Of a stretch of 35,874 nucleotides of DNA, positions 17,601-27,800 are shown in pieces. A program made the translations under genes and the position numbers. The DNA is from a virus. Taxonomy: Duplodnaviria > Caudoviricetes. The notes below the pieces were generated by a model. That model did not search any database and was not told where the DNA came from. It saw only the letters and a list, made by a program, of their open reading frames with translations. Within the stretch, counting starts at the first letter, position 1; every line of letters starts with the position of its first letter. The DNA lies in IMG/VR virus record IMGVR_UViG_3300017655_000015, positions 1-35,874 of that record; one strand, written 5' to 3'.

Positions 17601-19909
17601 CAGAGCAGGTCCGCCAGGTCGGGCTGCTGCGTGATCAGGTCCAGGCACAGATCGATGCGTTTGTCGGCACGGCTGACAGCGGTGCCCAGATGCGGATCGA
17701 GATCGAGGCGATCCGCGCGAAGTTTGCGGAACTGTCCGAGGCCGGGCGTCAGGTCGGTGCCGACGTCAGCAAGCTGGGCCAGGCGCAGGCGGAGCAGATC
17801 AACGCCGTCCAGAACGCTTATGCCGCTCAGGCCCGCGCGGAAGCCGATGCCCGCAAGGCGCAGGAAAAGTCGGTTCGCGACCAGATCCAGGCCTATATCG
17901 GTAACACCAACGCCGCCACACAGATGCAGGCGCAGGTGCAGGCGGTGCGGGACCGCTTCACCGAACTTTCCGCCGCAGCCAAGGCGCTTGGCATCGACAC
18001 CGGCGCGCTGACCCGGGCGCAGATCGCACAGTCCGCCGCCATCCAGCAGGCAGCCCGCGCCGCGGTGACCTCGGCTGCCCAGGACTTCATTTCGCGTGGT
18101 GACCCTGCGGCCGAACTGGCGCGCGAAAAGCAGCGGATCCGCGACGAGGCCACGGCGCTCGCTCGGGATGTGATCGCGATGGGCGGCACATCCGACGAGA
18201 TCATGAAGGCGCAGAAGAAGCAGGTCGACGCGCTCGAAAAGAGCTATGCCGACCAGAAGGCGGCGGTTGCTCAGTCGGCACGCGATCAGGCCGCAGCCGA
18301 GGCGGAGCGCAAGCGGTCTGCCGCTCAAGCAGCGCGTGACCGGGCGGCTGCAGAGGCGGAAGCTCGCCGGCAGCAACGGGCATCCACCCAGCAGAGCCTG
18401 TCGGCTTTCCTGGCGGCTGGCGACCCGGCCAAGGAACTCGCCTACCAGATCGCGCAGATCCGGGAGCAGGCGGCGGAGCTGACCGCGGCTGCGCGGGAAT
18501 ACGGCCTCAGCACCTCCGGCATCACGGCAGCGATGAACCGCCAGATCTCGGCGGCGAAGGAAGCCGCGGCCGAGATGAAGCGGCAGGAGGCGGAAGCCCG
18601 CGCGAACGAGAAGCGCTCGATCCAGCAGCAGGTGGCTTCCGCCCTGGCCTTCGGGAACTCGGCCAAGGAGCTTGAGGTCGAGATCACGCAGATCCGGATG
18701 AACTTCCAGGATCTGACCAAGCAGGCGCGCGAGTACGGCATCAGCACGTCCGGGCTGAGTGCCGCCATGGACCGGCAGATTGCCGCGGCCAGGAAGGCGG
18801 CGGCCGAAGCCAAGGCTGCAGAGATCGAGCAGGCCAAGACGGGCATCGCTGCCTTTTTGGCTGCCGGCAATCCGCTGGCCGAGCTGCAGATCCAGATCGA
18901 CGACGTCAGTCGGACCTACCGGGAGCTTTCCAAGCAGGCCAAGGAGCTTGGACTCAGCGAGCGGGGCCTGGCTGCCGCCCGCGACCAGCAACAGCAGGCG
19001 TTGCGCGACGCCTTCGCCCGGCAGCAGCGGGACACGGCCGATGCCGTCGCTGCCTTCGTGGCTGGCGCCGATCCGCTGAAGCAGATGCAGGTGTCGATCA
19101 CCGGTATCTGGCGCCAGTACGAGGATCTGGCGCTCCAGGCCCGGCAGATGGGTGTCAGCGAGAAGGGGCTGGCCGAGGCACGGGACGAGGCGATCAAGGC
19201 GATCCGCCGGCAGGTCGAGGCCCAAAAGCAGGATCTGCGCGACCAGATTGCGGCGTTCGTGGCGGGCGATGATCCGGCCAAGCAACTGCAGGTGCAGATC
19301 ACTGGCATCTGGCGGCAGTTCGAGAGCCTGTCTGAACAGGCCAAGGCGCTGGGCGTCAGCGAGGCTGGCCTTGCCAAGGCGCGGGACGACGCGATCGAGG
19401 CGACCCGGCGGCAGGCGTTCGAGACTGCCAAGGCTGCCTATCAGTCCGCGGGCGACGAAGCGCGGTCGATGTTCGGCAGCCTGATGGACCCGCTGAAGGG
19501 GCTGCTGGCCTCCTTCGACCTGGCGCGGCCCGGTGGGTTGGGGCGGTCGTTCAGGGCGAATGAGAACGAGGTCGAGCGCCTTTACGCCCAGGCGATGGCC
19601 GGCGACGTAGACGCGATCAAGGCCTTGCCCAGCCTGATCTCGACCACGCGGGACCAGATCAACCAGCTGGCGGCGAGCTCGCCCAAGACGCAGCAGACCG
19701 AAGCCCGTCTGGAGCAGATCACGAAGGACGTTCTGGCCCTGGTGCAGGCGCAGGCCAAGGAAGCAGAGGACGCCGGGCCCGCCGCAGTGGTGACCAAGCT
19801 CTCCGAGGTCGTCGCGACCCTGAAGACCAAGTTCGATGAACTTCGCCGGCAGATGGAAGCGAGCCAGCAGGCTCTGATGACCACCATGCGTGCCGGGCAG
19901 CGCGCCTGA
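14669..19909 (+). CDS. tail tape measure protein
   Basis: 1746 aa, Ala-rich helical; [33 protein letters not shown] tape-measure motif; Gly-rich hydrophobic middle; C-terminal repeats. Confidence 0.93.
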   Translation: [1746 protein letters not shown]

Positions 19910-20070
19910 TGCTTGGCTTCGATGCGCTCTGCTCCGCCCCGCTGTCTTCGATCGAGGGTGAGGAGGACTACCAGATCAGCGAGGGCGCCATCGAAATTGC
20001 ATCGGCCGACGCACGGATGATCTGGCTCATTGAGGTCGAGGCGGTCGACCTCGAGGCGGAGACCGACTGA
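19909..20070 (+). CDS. small tail protein (53 aa, MLGFDALCSAPL...)
   Basis: Not in the ORF track; TGATG overlaps at both ends; N-terminus duplicated in the next gene. Confidence 0.7.
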   Translation: MLGFDALCSAPLSSIEGEEDYQISEGAIEIASADARMIWLIEVEAVDLEAETD

Positions 20071-21716
20071 TGCTTGGCTATCAGCCGCTCTGCTCCGCCC
20101 CGCTGGGCTACGTCTCCGAGGTGCCACTGGGCTATGTGCCGGTGGCGATGGTCCGGTTCGCTACCCGCGGCTGGACGGCGACCGAAGACGACCTCGATCC
20201 CGGCCAGCACATCCCCGGCCGCCTGGCGCCGATGACCATCACTCGCAACCTGTCGCTCGGCGGCGACGGGCTGATGGGCGGGGTGGTGCGGGCGACCGCC
20301 GGCACGATCGAACTGGACAACGCGGACGGGGCTCTTGACCTGCTGGCCGAGAGCCGGGGGCTTCAGGGCCGCACGATCCGGCTCAAGTTCACCTCCGACC
20401 GCGGCGGCCGGCGCAAGCCGCGCGTGCGCGAGATGGCGACCTCCTGGGAGGGCGTGGTCGAGGACCTGGTCTGGTACGCGGACAAGGTCGAGATCCGCAC
20501 CCGAGACCTTCTGTCGGCGCTGGACCGTCCGATCTCCACCAATGTCTACACCGGTCAGGGTGGTCGCGGTGGCATGGCTGCGCTGGAGGGCAAGACCAAG
20601 CCACTAGGCTTCGGCGCCGTCCGCAACGCCCGAGCCGAACTGATCGATAACGACCTGCTCATCTACCAGTTTCATGACGGTCTCGCCCGCGCTGTGCAGG
20701 CAGTGCGCGACATGGGCGCGCCGCTGATCATCCGCAACGACGTGGTGGATTATCAGGCCCTGGTAGATGCCGAGGTCGAACTGGGCGAGGTGGTGACCTG
20801 CCGAGCCGAGGGGCTGTTCAAGCTGGGCGACTTCGCCGCCGGTGACGTGACGGTCGATTTCCTGGGGCATGGCGAGGATCCCGCACTGACCATCGGCGTA
20901 TGGGATGACGGCCAGCTATGGGACGATGGGCTTCCCTGGGACGAGGGCACTTGGCCGCAGTACAGCGAGACCGCATCCGGCATCATCATGGCGCTGCTTC
21001 GGCGGGCGGGCATCGCCGGCAGCAAGATCGAGGAAGGTCAGTTCCTGGACGCCGAGCGCGCCTGGCCGCACCCGATGCATCTCTATGTGCCGACTGGTGC
21101 CGGGACCGCTACCATTCTGGAGTTGGTCGGGCAGATCGCTGAGGCGGCAGGGCTCTTGGTCTCGGTCAACCGCTCCGGTCGGGTCTATGCCCGCCGGCTG
21201 ACCACCGGTGTCGGCGGCACGGTGATCAGCGAAGAAGACATCATGGAGATCAGCCGGATCGAGCCGCCTTATGGTCGCCCGATCTACCATGCCGCCATCC
21301 CCTACGGCGCGAACGAGACCGTGCAGAGCAGCAACGAGCTCGTGAAACCGGACGATGAGATCGTCTCCGAAGCGACGCTCAAGGCCTACCAAACCGCCTA
21401 CGTGGGCGTGGCGGATGCCGGGTCGTCCCGCACGCTGGGGCAGGTACAGACCGCCCGCTCGGTGACGCCGGAATATGCCGTTTACACCACTGCCGCCGGG
21501 GCGCAGGCCCGCGCCTGGGACATCGTGCGGACGCACAGCCCTGGCCGTTCGACCTATCGCGTGACCTGCAAGCGCAAGGGCTGGCGGCTCGATCTGGGCG
21601 ACCCGGTGCCGCTCACCCATCCCCGTTTCGGACTGGCGAGCGGCAAGCAAACGATCGTGGTCGGCATCCAGGACAACGGACCCGCCCGCGAAGTCACCCT
21701 GGACCTGCTAGGCTGA
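20070..21716 (+). CDS. tail tip/hub protein
   Basis: IELDNADGALD, LEGKTKPLGFGAVRN, LDLGDPV.LTHPRFGL motifs; follows TMP. Confidence 0.8.
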   Translation: MLGYQPLCSAPLGYVSEVPLGYVPVAMVRFATRGWTATEDDLDPGQHIPGRLAPMTITRNLSLGGDGLMGGVVRATAGTIELDNADGALDLLAESRGLQGRTIRLKFTSDRGGRRKPRVREMATSWEGVVEDLVWYADKVEIRTRDLLSALDRPISTNVYTGQGGRGGMAALEGKTKPLGFGAVRNARAELIDNDLLIYQFHDGLARAVQAVRDMGAPLIIRNDVVDYQALVDAEVELGEVVTCRAEGLFKLGDFAAGDVTVDFLGHGEDPALTIGVWDDGQLWDDGLPWDEGTWPQYSETASGIIMALLRRAGIAGSKIEEGQFLDAERAWPHPMHLYVPTGAGTATILELVGQIAEAAGLLVSVNRSGRVYARRLTTGVGGTVISEEDIMEISRIEPPYGRPIYHAAIPYGANETVQSSNELVKPDDEIVSEATLKAYQTAYVGVADAGSSRTLGQVQTARSVTPEYAVYTTAAGAQARAWDIVRTHSPGRSTYRVTCKRKGWRLDLGDPVPLTHPRFGLASGKQTIVVGIQDNGPAREVTLDLLG

Positions 21717-21717
21717 A

Positions 21718-22506
21718 ATGACCGCCCGAATCGGTTTCGACAATCTGGCCCGCCGGCCGGAAGCGATGGCGCTTGCCTATGCTGGTTCGACTGGCACCAA
21801 CGCTCCACCCTCGCGGTTGCTGACCCCGGATCTGACCGAGTGTTGGCGCAGCGCACCGGGAGTGTTCGCAACCTGGATCGAGATCCGGCTGCCTGAGCCT
21901 GGTGAGATCGATACGGTGGCGCTGGTCGGAACCAACCTCCGCCCGACCGCCTCCGGCCGGCTGCGTATCGGCGTGGGCGACATCGCCGACCCCGACAACA
22001 CGACCCACGACAGCGGCGACAGAGCACTTGGCGTAGTCGACCCGTGGGGCCTAGCGGTCTGGTGCCTGGACATGCCGGTCCTGGGCGACGTGATCCGGAT
22101 CGATCTGGAAGACCTGGGCGTGGACGAGAACGCGCTGGAGGTCCCGCGGGTCTGGGTCACCAAGGCATGGCGCCCGGATCGCTGGTACGATTTCGGCTAC
22201 CAGCAGACCGTCAGCGATCTCTCGCAGGTCTCGCGCTCCCGCTACAGCGGCGCCGTCTTCTCGGACGAGCGCCCGATCGTGCGGGGCTACCGCCTCGATT
22301 TCAAGGTGATGAGCGAGGCCGACCGGAACGAAGCCCGCCGTCTGCATCGTCTGTGCGGCTCATCCCGGGAAATGCTGCTCTGCCTCGATGAGCAGAGCCC
22401 TGCGCTGGGCGAAGATACCCTGTTGGTCATGCCGACCGGGCAGCCCATCGCGCACGACAACCCACGGTCATGGTCCTGGACCCTCGAATGTGAGGAGCGG
22501 CTGTAA
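21718..22506 (+). CDS. tail tip protein (distal-tail-like)
   Basis: IDTVALVGTNL motif; closely packed within the tail-tip cluster. Confidence 0.7.
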   Translation: MTARIGFDNLARRPEAMALAYAGSTGTNAPPSRLLTPDLTECWRSAPGVFATWIEIRLPEPGEIDTVALVGTNLRPTASGRLRIGVGDIADPDNTTHDSGDRALGVVDPWGLAVWCLDMPVLGDVIRIDLEDLGVDENALEVPRVWVTKAWRPDRWYDFGYQQTVSDLSQVSRSRYSGAVFSDERPIVRGYRLDFKVMSEADRNEARRLHRLCGSSREMLLCLDEQSPALGEDTLLVMPTGQPIAHDNPRSWSWTLECEERL

Positions 22507-23913
22507 ATGCCTGGCGTTTTCATGAGCCCGCCTGATCGGGTCAAGACCACCACGACGACCACGGGCACCGGCGCCTACACGATCGCAACCGTGGCGGAGC
22601 CAGGCTTTCGCCGTGTCCAGGACACTGTGCCGGAGAACATGCAGACCGCTTTCGTGCGCGCCATGGCGACGGACGAGGGCACGATCTGGCAGGTGCATCT
22701 CGGCACTCGTGACGGGAACACGATCAGCGTCGATGAGGTGCTGTCCAACAGCGACAACAACGAAAGCCCGATCGCGTTTCCCGAAGGCGAGAGTGTCGTC
22801 TTCACCGATGCGCCGGGCAGCCTGATCGCCTTCCTGATTGCGTCGAATACCTGGCTGGCTGACCAGGCCTTTCGCGGCAAGGTCATTCTCGGCCCGTCTG
22901 ATCTGACGTGGCTGGTAGGCACGAAGGTCGAGACCGTTCATGGCGCGGAATTGCACCTGGGCGGCGTGCCGCACACGCTGTACGGGCCCGGCACGAAGGT
23001 GCAGACCTGGGCATCTGATGGCACGACCTATGGGCCGGACCTCACCCTGCAGCGCACCCGGACCAATGCCTCCGCCGGTTCGCAGGGCCCGCGCTTGGTT
23101 TTCGAGCAATCGGACGGCGCCGGCACCTCGCAGGCCTATGCCACGATCGAGTCCTTCTGGCGCAACCTGACCTCAGGTGGCAACGGCGCGGTCAATCATC
23201 GGGTGCGGGTCGGCGGTTCGCTGATCACCTACCTGACCCTTTCGGCAGGGAAGGGTACCTGGGTCCGGAATGCTTCGTTCCTGGTTGGCAAGGAAGCCGA
23301 CAGCGAGGCGATCGTCGGCGACGTGCAGCAGGACGGCGTCGAGATTGCCACCACCGGCGTGACCTCGATCACGGCATCCAACGCGGTGCCGCTCACGCTC
23401 AACCGCAAGGCCAGCGATGGTGCCCTGGTCGAGTTCTACCGCGGCGCCACCAAGCTCAACGGCAAGATCTCGGTCACTGGCGGCACGGTTTCCTATGGCG
23501 CCTTTCATGGCGTCCATCCCAGCCAGTTCCCGGACGGCTATCTCGTGCCGGGCGATGACGTCGAGCCGGGCACAGTGATGGTCACCGACGATCAGCCCTG
23601 CCCGGTGGCCTCGCACTTGCCCTGCACGCGGGTGTCTGAGCGTCGTGCGGATCCCCGGGTCTATGGCGTGTTCTGCGGCTGGCTCGAGGATGGCGGCTTC
23701 GACGTCTCGGGCCTGGGCGTGCCACCCTACGGCGTGCTCTGCGTGGGCGAGGCCCAGCCTGGCGACCTCCTGGTGAGTTCCGACGTGCCTGGCTGTGCCA
23801 TGGCATGGCGCTGGGATGCCAGCCCGCCGCATGGCTCGGTCCTGGGCAAGGTGCTGCGGGCGAGCCCCGGCACCGACAAGCGCCTCGTGTCTGCCGTCAT
23901 CTACGCGGGCTGA
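22507..23913 (+). CDS. tail fibre/spike protein with probable C-terminal chaperone-like domain
   Basis: N-terminal DRVKTTTTTTGTG virion-attachment motif; beta-rich middle; C-terminal GDLLVSSDVPGCAM...VLGKVL. Confidence 0.7.
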   Translation: MPGVFMSPPDRVKTTTTTTGTGAYTIATVAEPGFRRVQDTVPENMQTAFVRAMATDEGTIWQVHLGTRDGNTISVDEVLSNSDNNESPIAFPEGESVVFTDAPGSLIAFLIASNTWLADQAFRGKVILGPSDLTWLVGTKVETVHGAELHLGGVPHTLYGPGTKVQTWASDGTTYGPDLTLQRTRTNASAGSQGPRLVFEQSDGAGTSQAYATIESFWRNLTSGGNGAVNHRVRVGGSLITYLTLSAGKGTWVRNASFLVGKEADSEAIVGDVQQDGVEIATTGVTSITASNAVPLTLNRKASDGALVEFYRGATKLNGKISVTGGTVSYGAFHGVHPSQFPDGYLVPGDDVEPGTVMVTDDQPCPVASHLPCTRVSERRADPRVYGVFCGWLEDGGFDVSGLGVPPYGVLCVGEAQPGDLLVSSDVPGCAMAWRWDASPPHGSVLGKVLRASPGTDKRLVSAVIYAG

Positions 23914-23919
23914 CCGACT

Positions 23920-24450
23920 ATGGCGAATCTAGACTTTGATGTCGGCAAGCCCGGCAAGCGCAGCTGGTCCTGGTTCAAGAACAACTGGGACGCGATCTGG
24001 GAATACCTGAACACCCTACCTGTCCCGACTGAGGACCAGGTAGGTCGTGTGCCGAGGGTTAATCAATTTGGCGATGGGTTCAGCCTCTTTGGCGACCCCA
24101 TTGACTTTCGGGACGACATCGTCGGCGGGGGGCGGATCAAGCAGGTCGACATGCCGGCCGGCAACCAGACCATTCCCACGTCTTTGACCGGCGTTCGGCT
24201 TCGTTCGCTCAGTGCCACGGCGGTGACCTGGACCCTGCCGAATGTCGGCGCTACTGGGTACTTTTTCCCATGGCTCCAGATAGGCGAGGGCAAGATCACC
24301 TTCGCTGGTCCGCCCGGCTCATTGGTCACCGGTGGCCCTGTCGGCTTCATTTCCAGCGGCGGCGAGCTCGCGTCCGGCATCGTCGAGTGCGTCGACTTCT
24401 CGTTAGAGGCAGGTGCTACCTGGCTCGTCTCGGGCATCACTGGCCCCTGA
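23920..24450 (+). CDS. hypothetical tail-associated protein
   Basis: 176-aa ORF within the fibre cluster; VTWTLP...QIGEGKITF beta-sandwich pattern. Confidence 0.7.
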   Translation: MANLDFDVGKPGKRSWSWFKNNWDAIWEYLNTLPVPTEDQVGRVPRVNQFGDGFSLFGDPIDFRDDIVGGGRIKQVDMPAGNQTIPTSLTGVRLRSLSATAVTWTLPNVGATGYFFPWLQIGEGKITFAGPPGSLVTGGPVGFISSGGELASGIVECVDFSLEAGATWLVSGITGP

Positions 24451-24453
24451 CGC

Positions 24454-24861
24454 ATGACCATCGCCTTTCGGTTTCGTACCTACCGCCGGGGCGGTGGGTC
24501 GAACGTGCTTGCCCTGCCGGGCCTCGTGGCGGCGTTCGATGGGGAGGCATCCCTGCCGGACTTCGTCGAGCGTCAGCACGGCGCCGGCGTGCCTGTCCTG
24601 ACCGACTTGAGCAGGCGGGCTGACGCGCTGCAGCCGAGCACGGATCAGCACCCGACGGTCGACCTGACCTCCGCCCCCGGCCGCGTGTCCATCGCGTTCG
24701 GCGAAGGCCAGCGCATGACGATCGATCCCCCCGGCGGTCGGATCCTCACTGTGGTCGCTGCTGTGATGGTCCCGGCCTCTGCCACCGCCGCTCAGGTGCT
24801 CCTGACCCAGGACACCAGCGCCACCACCGATAACCCTGCCTGGGAAGTGCGCATCGGATGA
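24454..24861 (+). CDS. tail-associated protein resembling the N-terminal half of a LamG-like domain
   Basis: LPGLVAAFDG...LTDLS...QPSTDQHPT...IAFG pattern; ATGA overlap with the next gene. Confidence 0.65.
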   Translation: MTIAFRFRTYRRGGGSNVLALPGLVAAFDGEASLPDFVERQHGAGVPVLTDLSRRADALQPSTDQHPTVDLTSAPGRVSIAFGEGQRMTIDPPGGRILTVVAAVMVPASATAAQVLLTQDTSATTDNPAWEVRIG

Positions 24862-27800
24862 GCAGGGCATTCACGGGCTCGAGCAGCGGCAGCTTTGCCC
24901 AGGTCGACAAGCCGGCAAAACTAGGCCCGCCGTTTACGGTGTCCCTGTGGTTTCGCACGCCGCAGCCGGCGCGCACGGGCTACCTGTTCTGGCTGGGCCG
25001 GCGCAGCTCTGAGCTCGACTGGTTTGCGGTCTCGATGCTCAACGGTCGGTTGCGCGCCGAGACGCGCGCCACGGCCGGCACTGCCTGGGGCATCGCGGTC
25101 AGCGGCAACAACATCGCCGCCAATGTCGCGCAGCATGCTTGCGCGACATTCACGAGCACCACCGCTCGCGAGATCATCCTCAACGGTGACACGGGCAACA
25201 AGGGCACGAACAGCACCAGCGCCACGCCGATCTCCCCCGATCGTACCGCTATCGGCCGAGCTTCGGATGCGTCGCCCACCGGCGGCGTTCTGGCCGACAT
25301 CGAGCATGTGGCGATCTGGGGTCGAGCCCTGACCGATGCGGAAAAAGCGGCGTTGGCTCAGGGCGCCAACCCGCTCAGCATCCCGGGTCTGATCGAATAC
25401 TGGCCGCTCAGCGGGGCAGCCAACCCGGAGGCGGGCTTGATGGGCACGGACCTGCATATGCAGGTGACCGGTGCCGTCAAGAGCAGCTTCACCGCTCCCG
25501 TCCAGGCACCGCCGTCCGGCGGCGGGTCGGCTGGCTTGCCTTTTGATCCTGCCAACCTGGTCGCGTCATCGCCGGTCTGGCCCAGCCTGACCATCACCTA
25601 TGGCTTCCCCGACGTCGGGTTCGTCTATGCCGAGGACAACACCGGCGGGCGCCTGGATGGTCTGCCGGGTACAGTCGACTATGCGGATGGCTGGTACCCC
25701 CTGCACGACGATGCCAAGGATGCGATCCGCGCGGGTGCGGCTGCACTCAGCAGCATTGGGTTCAACCTTCAGGAGGTGCCGGCGTCCTCGGCGGAGATCC
25801 TGGTAGCCTTCTCGCCGCAGGTCGATCGCACCTATGCCGACGCGATCGGCAACTACCCGCCGCAGGGGAACATCTTCTTCGGGCCGGACAAACCGGCCGA
25901 AGAAGCGGACCTGGAGAAGACGTGGGGCGTGGGCGGCTGGCGGCGGCGGGTCGCCACGCACGAGCTGATGCACACACTCGGCCTGACCCACGCTACGGCG
26001 CCGGGGGCGAGCCACAGCAACAGCCTCATGGCCGTCAACCCGACGCCGCCGGCCGGGGCAGAGCCCTATGTCACGGCGCCCTACCCGGTGGACGTGGCTG
26101 CGTTGAAGCTGCGCTATCCGGCGCTCACCGGCGCTGCAGTCGGCGGGCGGCTCAGCGTGGCTGGTGCATCCGTCGCGGCGCTTGGGTCGGGCAATCCCGG
26201 CAAGGCGATGGTCCTGGCAGTCACGTTCGACCCGGATGCGAAAAAGATCCAGGTCCGGACGGACGGCGGCAGCCCGATCGAGGTCGCCTGGACCGGTGAC
26301 GAGGATCCGACCGCCGGCGATCTGATCCTGGGCGCCAGGCTGGTCAACGGTGTGCCCCAGGCTGGCGCCAACTTCCGCATGCTGCGGATGCTGTCATCGA
26401 TCGAGCTTCTTGAGACCGCCGATCAGGCGCGAGCGGAGCAGTGGGCGGCTGAACCTCTGGCGCCGGTCTGCACACCCATCGTCCTATCCGGCACGCCCGG
26501 AGCCACGACGACCATCGACCTTGCACCGGCGGTGCGCGATCCGGCCGGCTGGGGCTGGAAGATCATCGCCATCGACCAGCCACCCGAGGGCAGCGTGTCC
26601 GCCCTGGATGAAACGCGGATCAGCCTGAACCTCACGGGCGCGAACTCGCCGATCCTGGAGTTCGGTGTCCAGGTCGCCAGCAAGCACCCTATGGGCCCGT
26701 CCAGCCCCCTGCGGATCTCCGTCCGGCTGAGTGAGGTCACCTTGCCGGGCGTTTCGGTCGATGTCGCGAAGAATGGGACGGCCCTGATCGACGTGCTTGC
26801 CGGTGCCACCGCCGAGGATGGATCGGCGCTTACTCTGGTGTCGGTGAGCGACCCAGAACACGGCACGGCTGCAATCCAATCCGGGCAGGTCCGCTACACA
26901 CCGGATAGTAACTACACCGGCTCCGACAGCTTCATCTTCACCGCCCGCTCGCGCACGGGTGGGATTGCCACGGGCACCGCTCTGCTCACGGTCAACGTCG
27001 GCGAAGTGCCGGTCGGCGGCAACGCCGATCGCCCCTTCAATGGGCTCTACTACGGCTGCGGCTCCTACGGCTCGCGCATAGGCAATGTGAACGTCTACGC
27101 CAACAACGGCGGCAAGCGGATCGCAGCCGGCACCTTCTTCGCCTATCGGCCAGGCAAGATCCGGTCGATCTCGGTCAACACCCGCGGCAACCCGACCCGC
27201 CTAACCAGCGGCGGGCGCGATTATGGCAATGGGCTATGCACCGCCTGGGTAGAGCTGCGTCCGGTCAAGCCGGACGGCACCCCGGACATGAGCGTGTTGC
27301 TCGGCCGGACGCCCAACTTCACGCCGCGCGATCACCTCAACCAGCACCCGCATTTCAACCTGCTTGAACCGGTCACGATTCCAGAAGGCGGGAAGTGGCT
27401 GGCGCTGGTCTATCAGATCCTGGAAACCAACAGCAGCGGTCAGGACTATTGGGACCATTGCTGGAACCTGAACTGTTTGATCCGCACCAAGCCCATTGCA
27501 GGAAGGATGCCACCATTCTTCAGCGGCATGCGGGTTTTTGTCAGTGACAACCTTGGAAGCAGCTGGAGAGAGTTCCGAAACAGCAAGCAGTCGGCAGAAT
27601 GGGCCGGGTCATACTGCTGGTTTGGCGAGCTTGTCTATACGGACGGGCACGCAATCGGCCAGCCTTACCGTTTCGCCAACTTAACTCCCAAGCGGGTCGA
27701 TGGCACGCGCTACCGAGTGCGGCAGTTGTGGCAGATGCCGAACTGGGCGTTTACCGCCCAGGGTGTCTGGATCCGGACATTCGCGCAGAGCAGCAATCCT

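Noticed and set aside
1585-23913. Gene transfer agent or tailocin
   Set aside because: A cos site, lambda-type terminase, long TMP, antirepressor and tRNA att site indicate a true temperate phage
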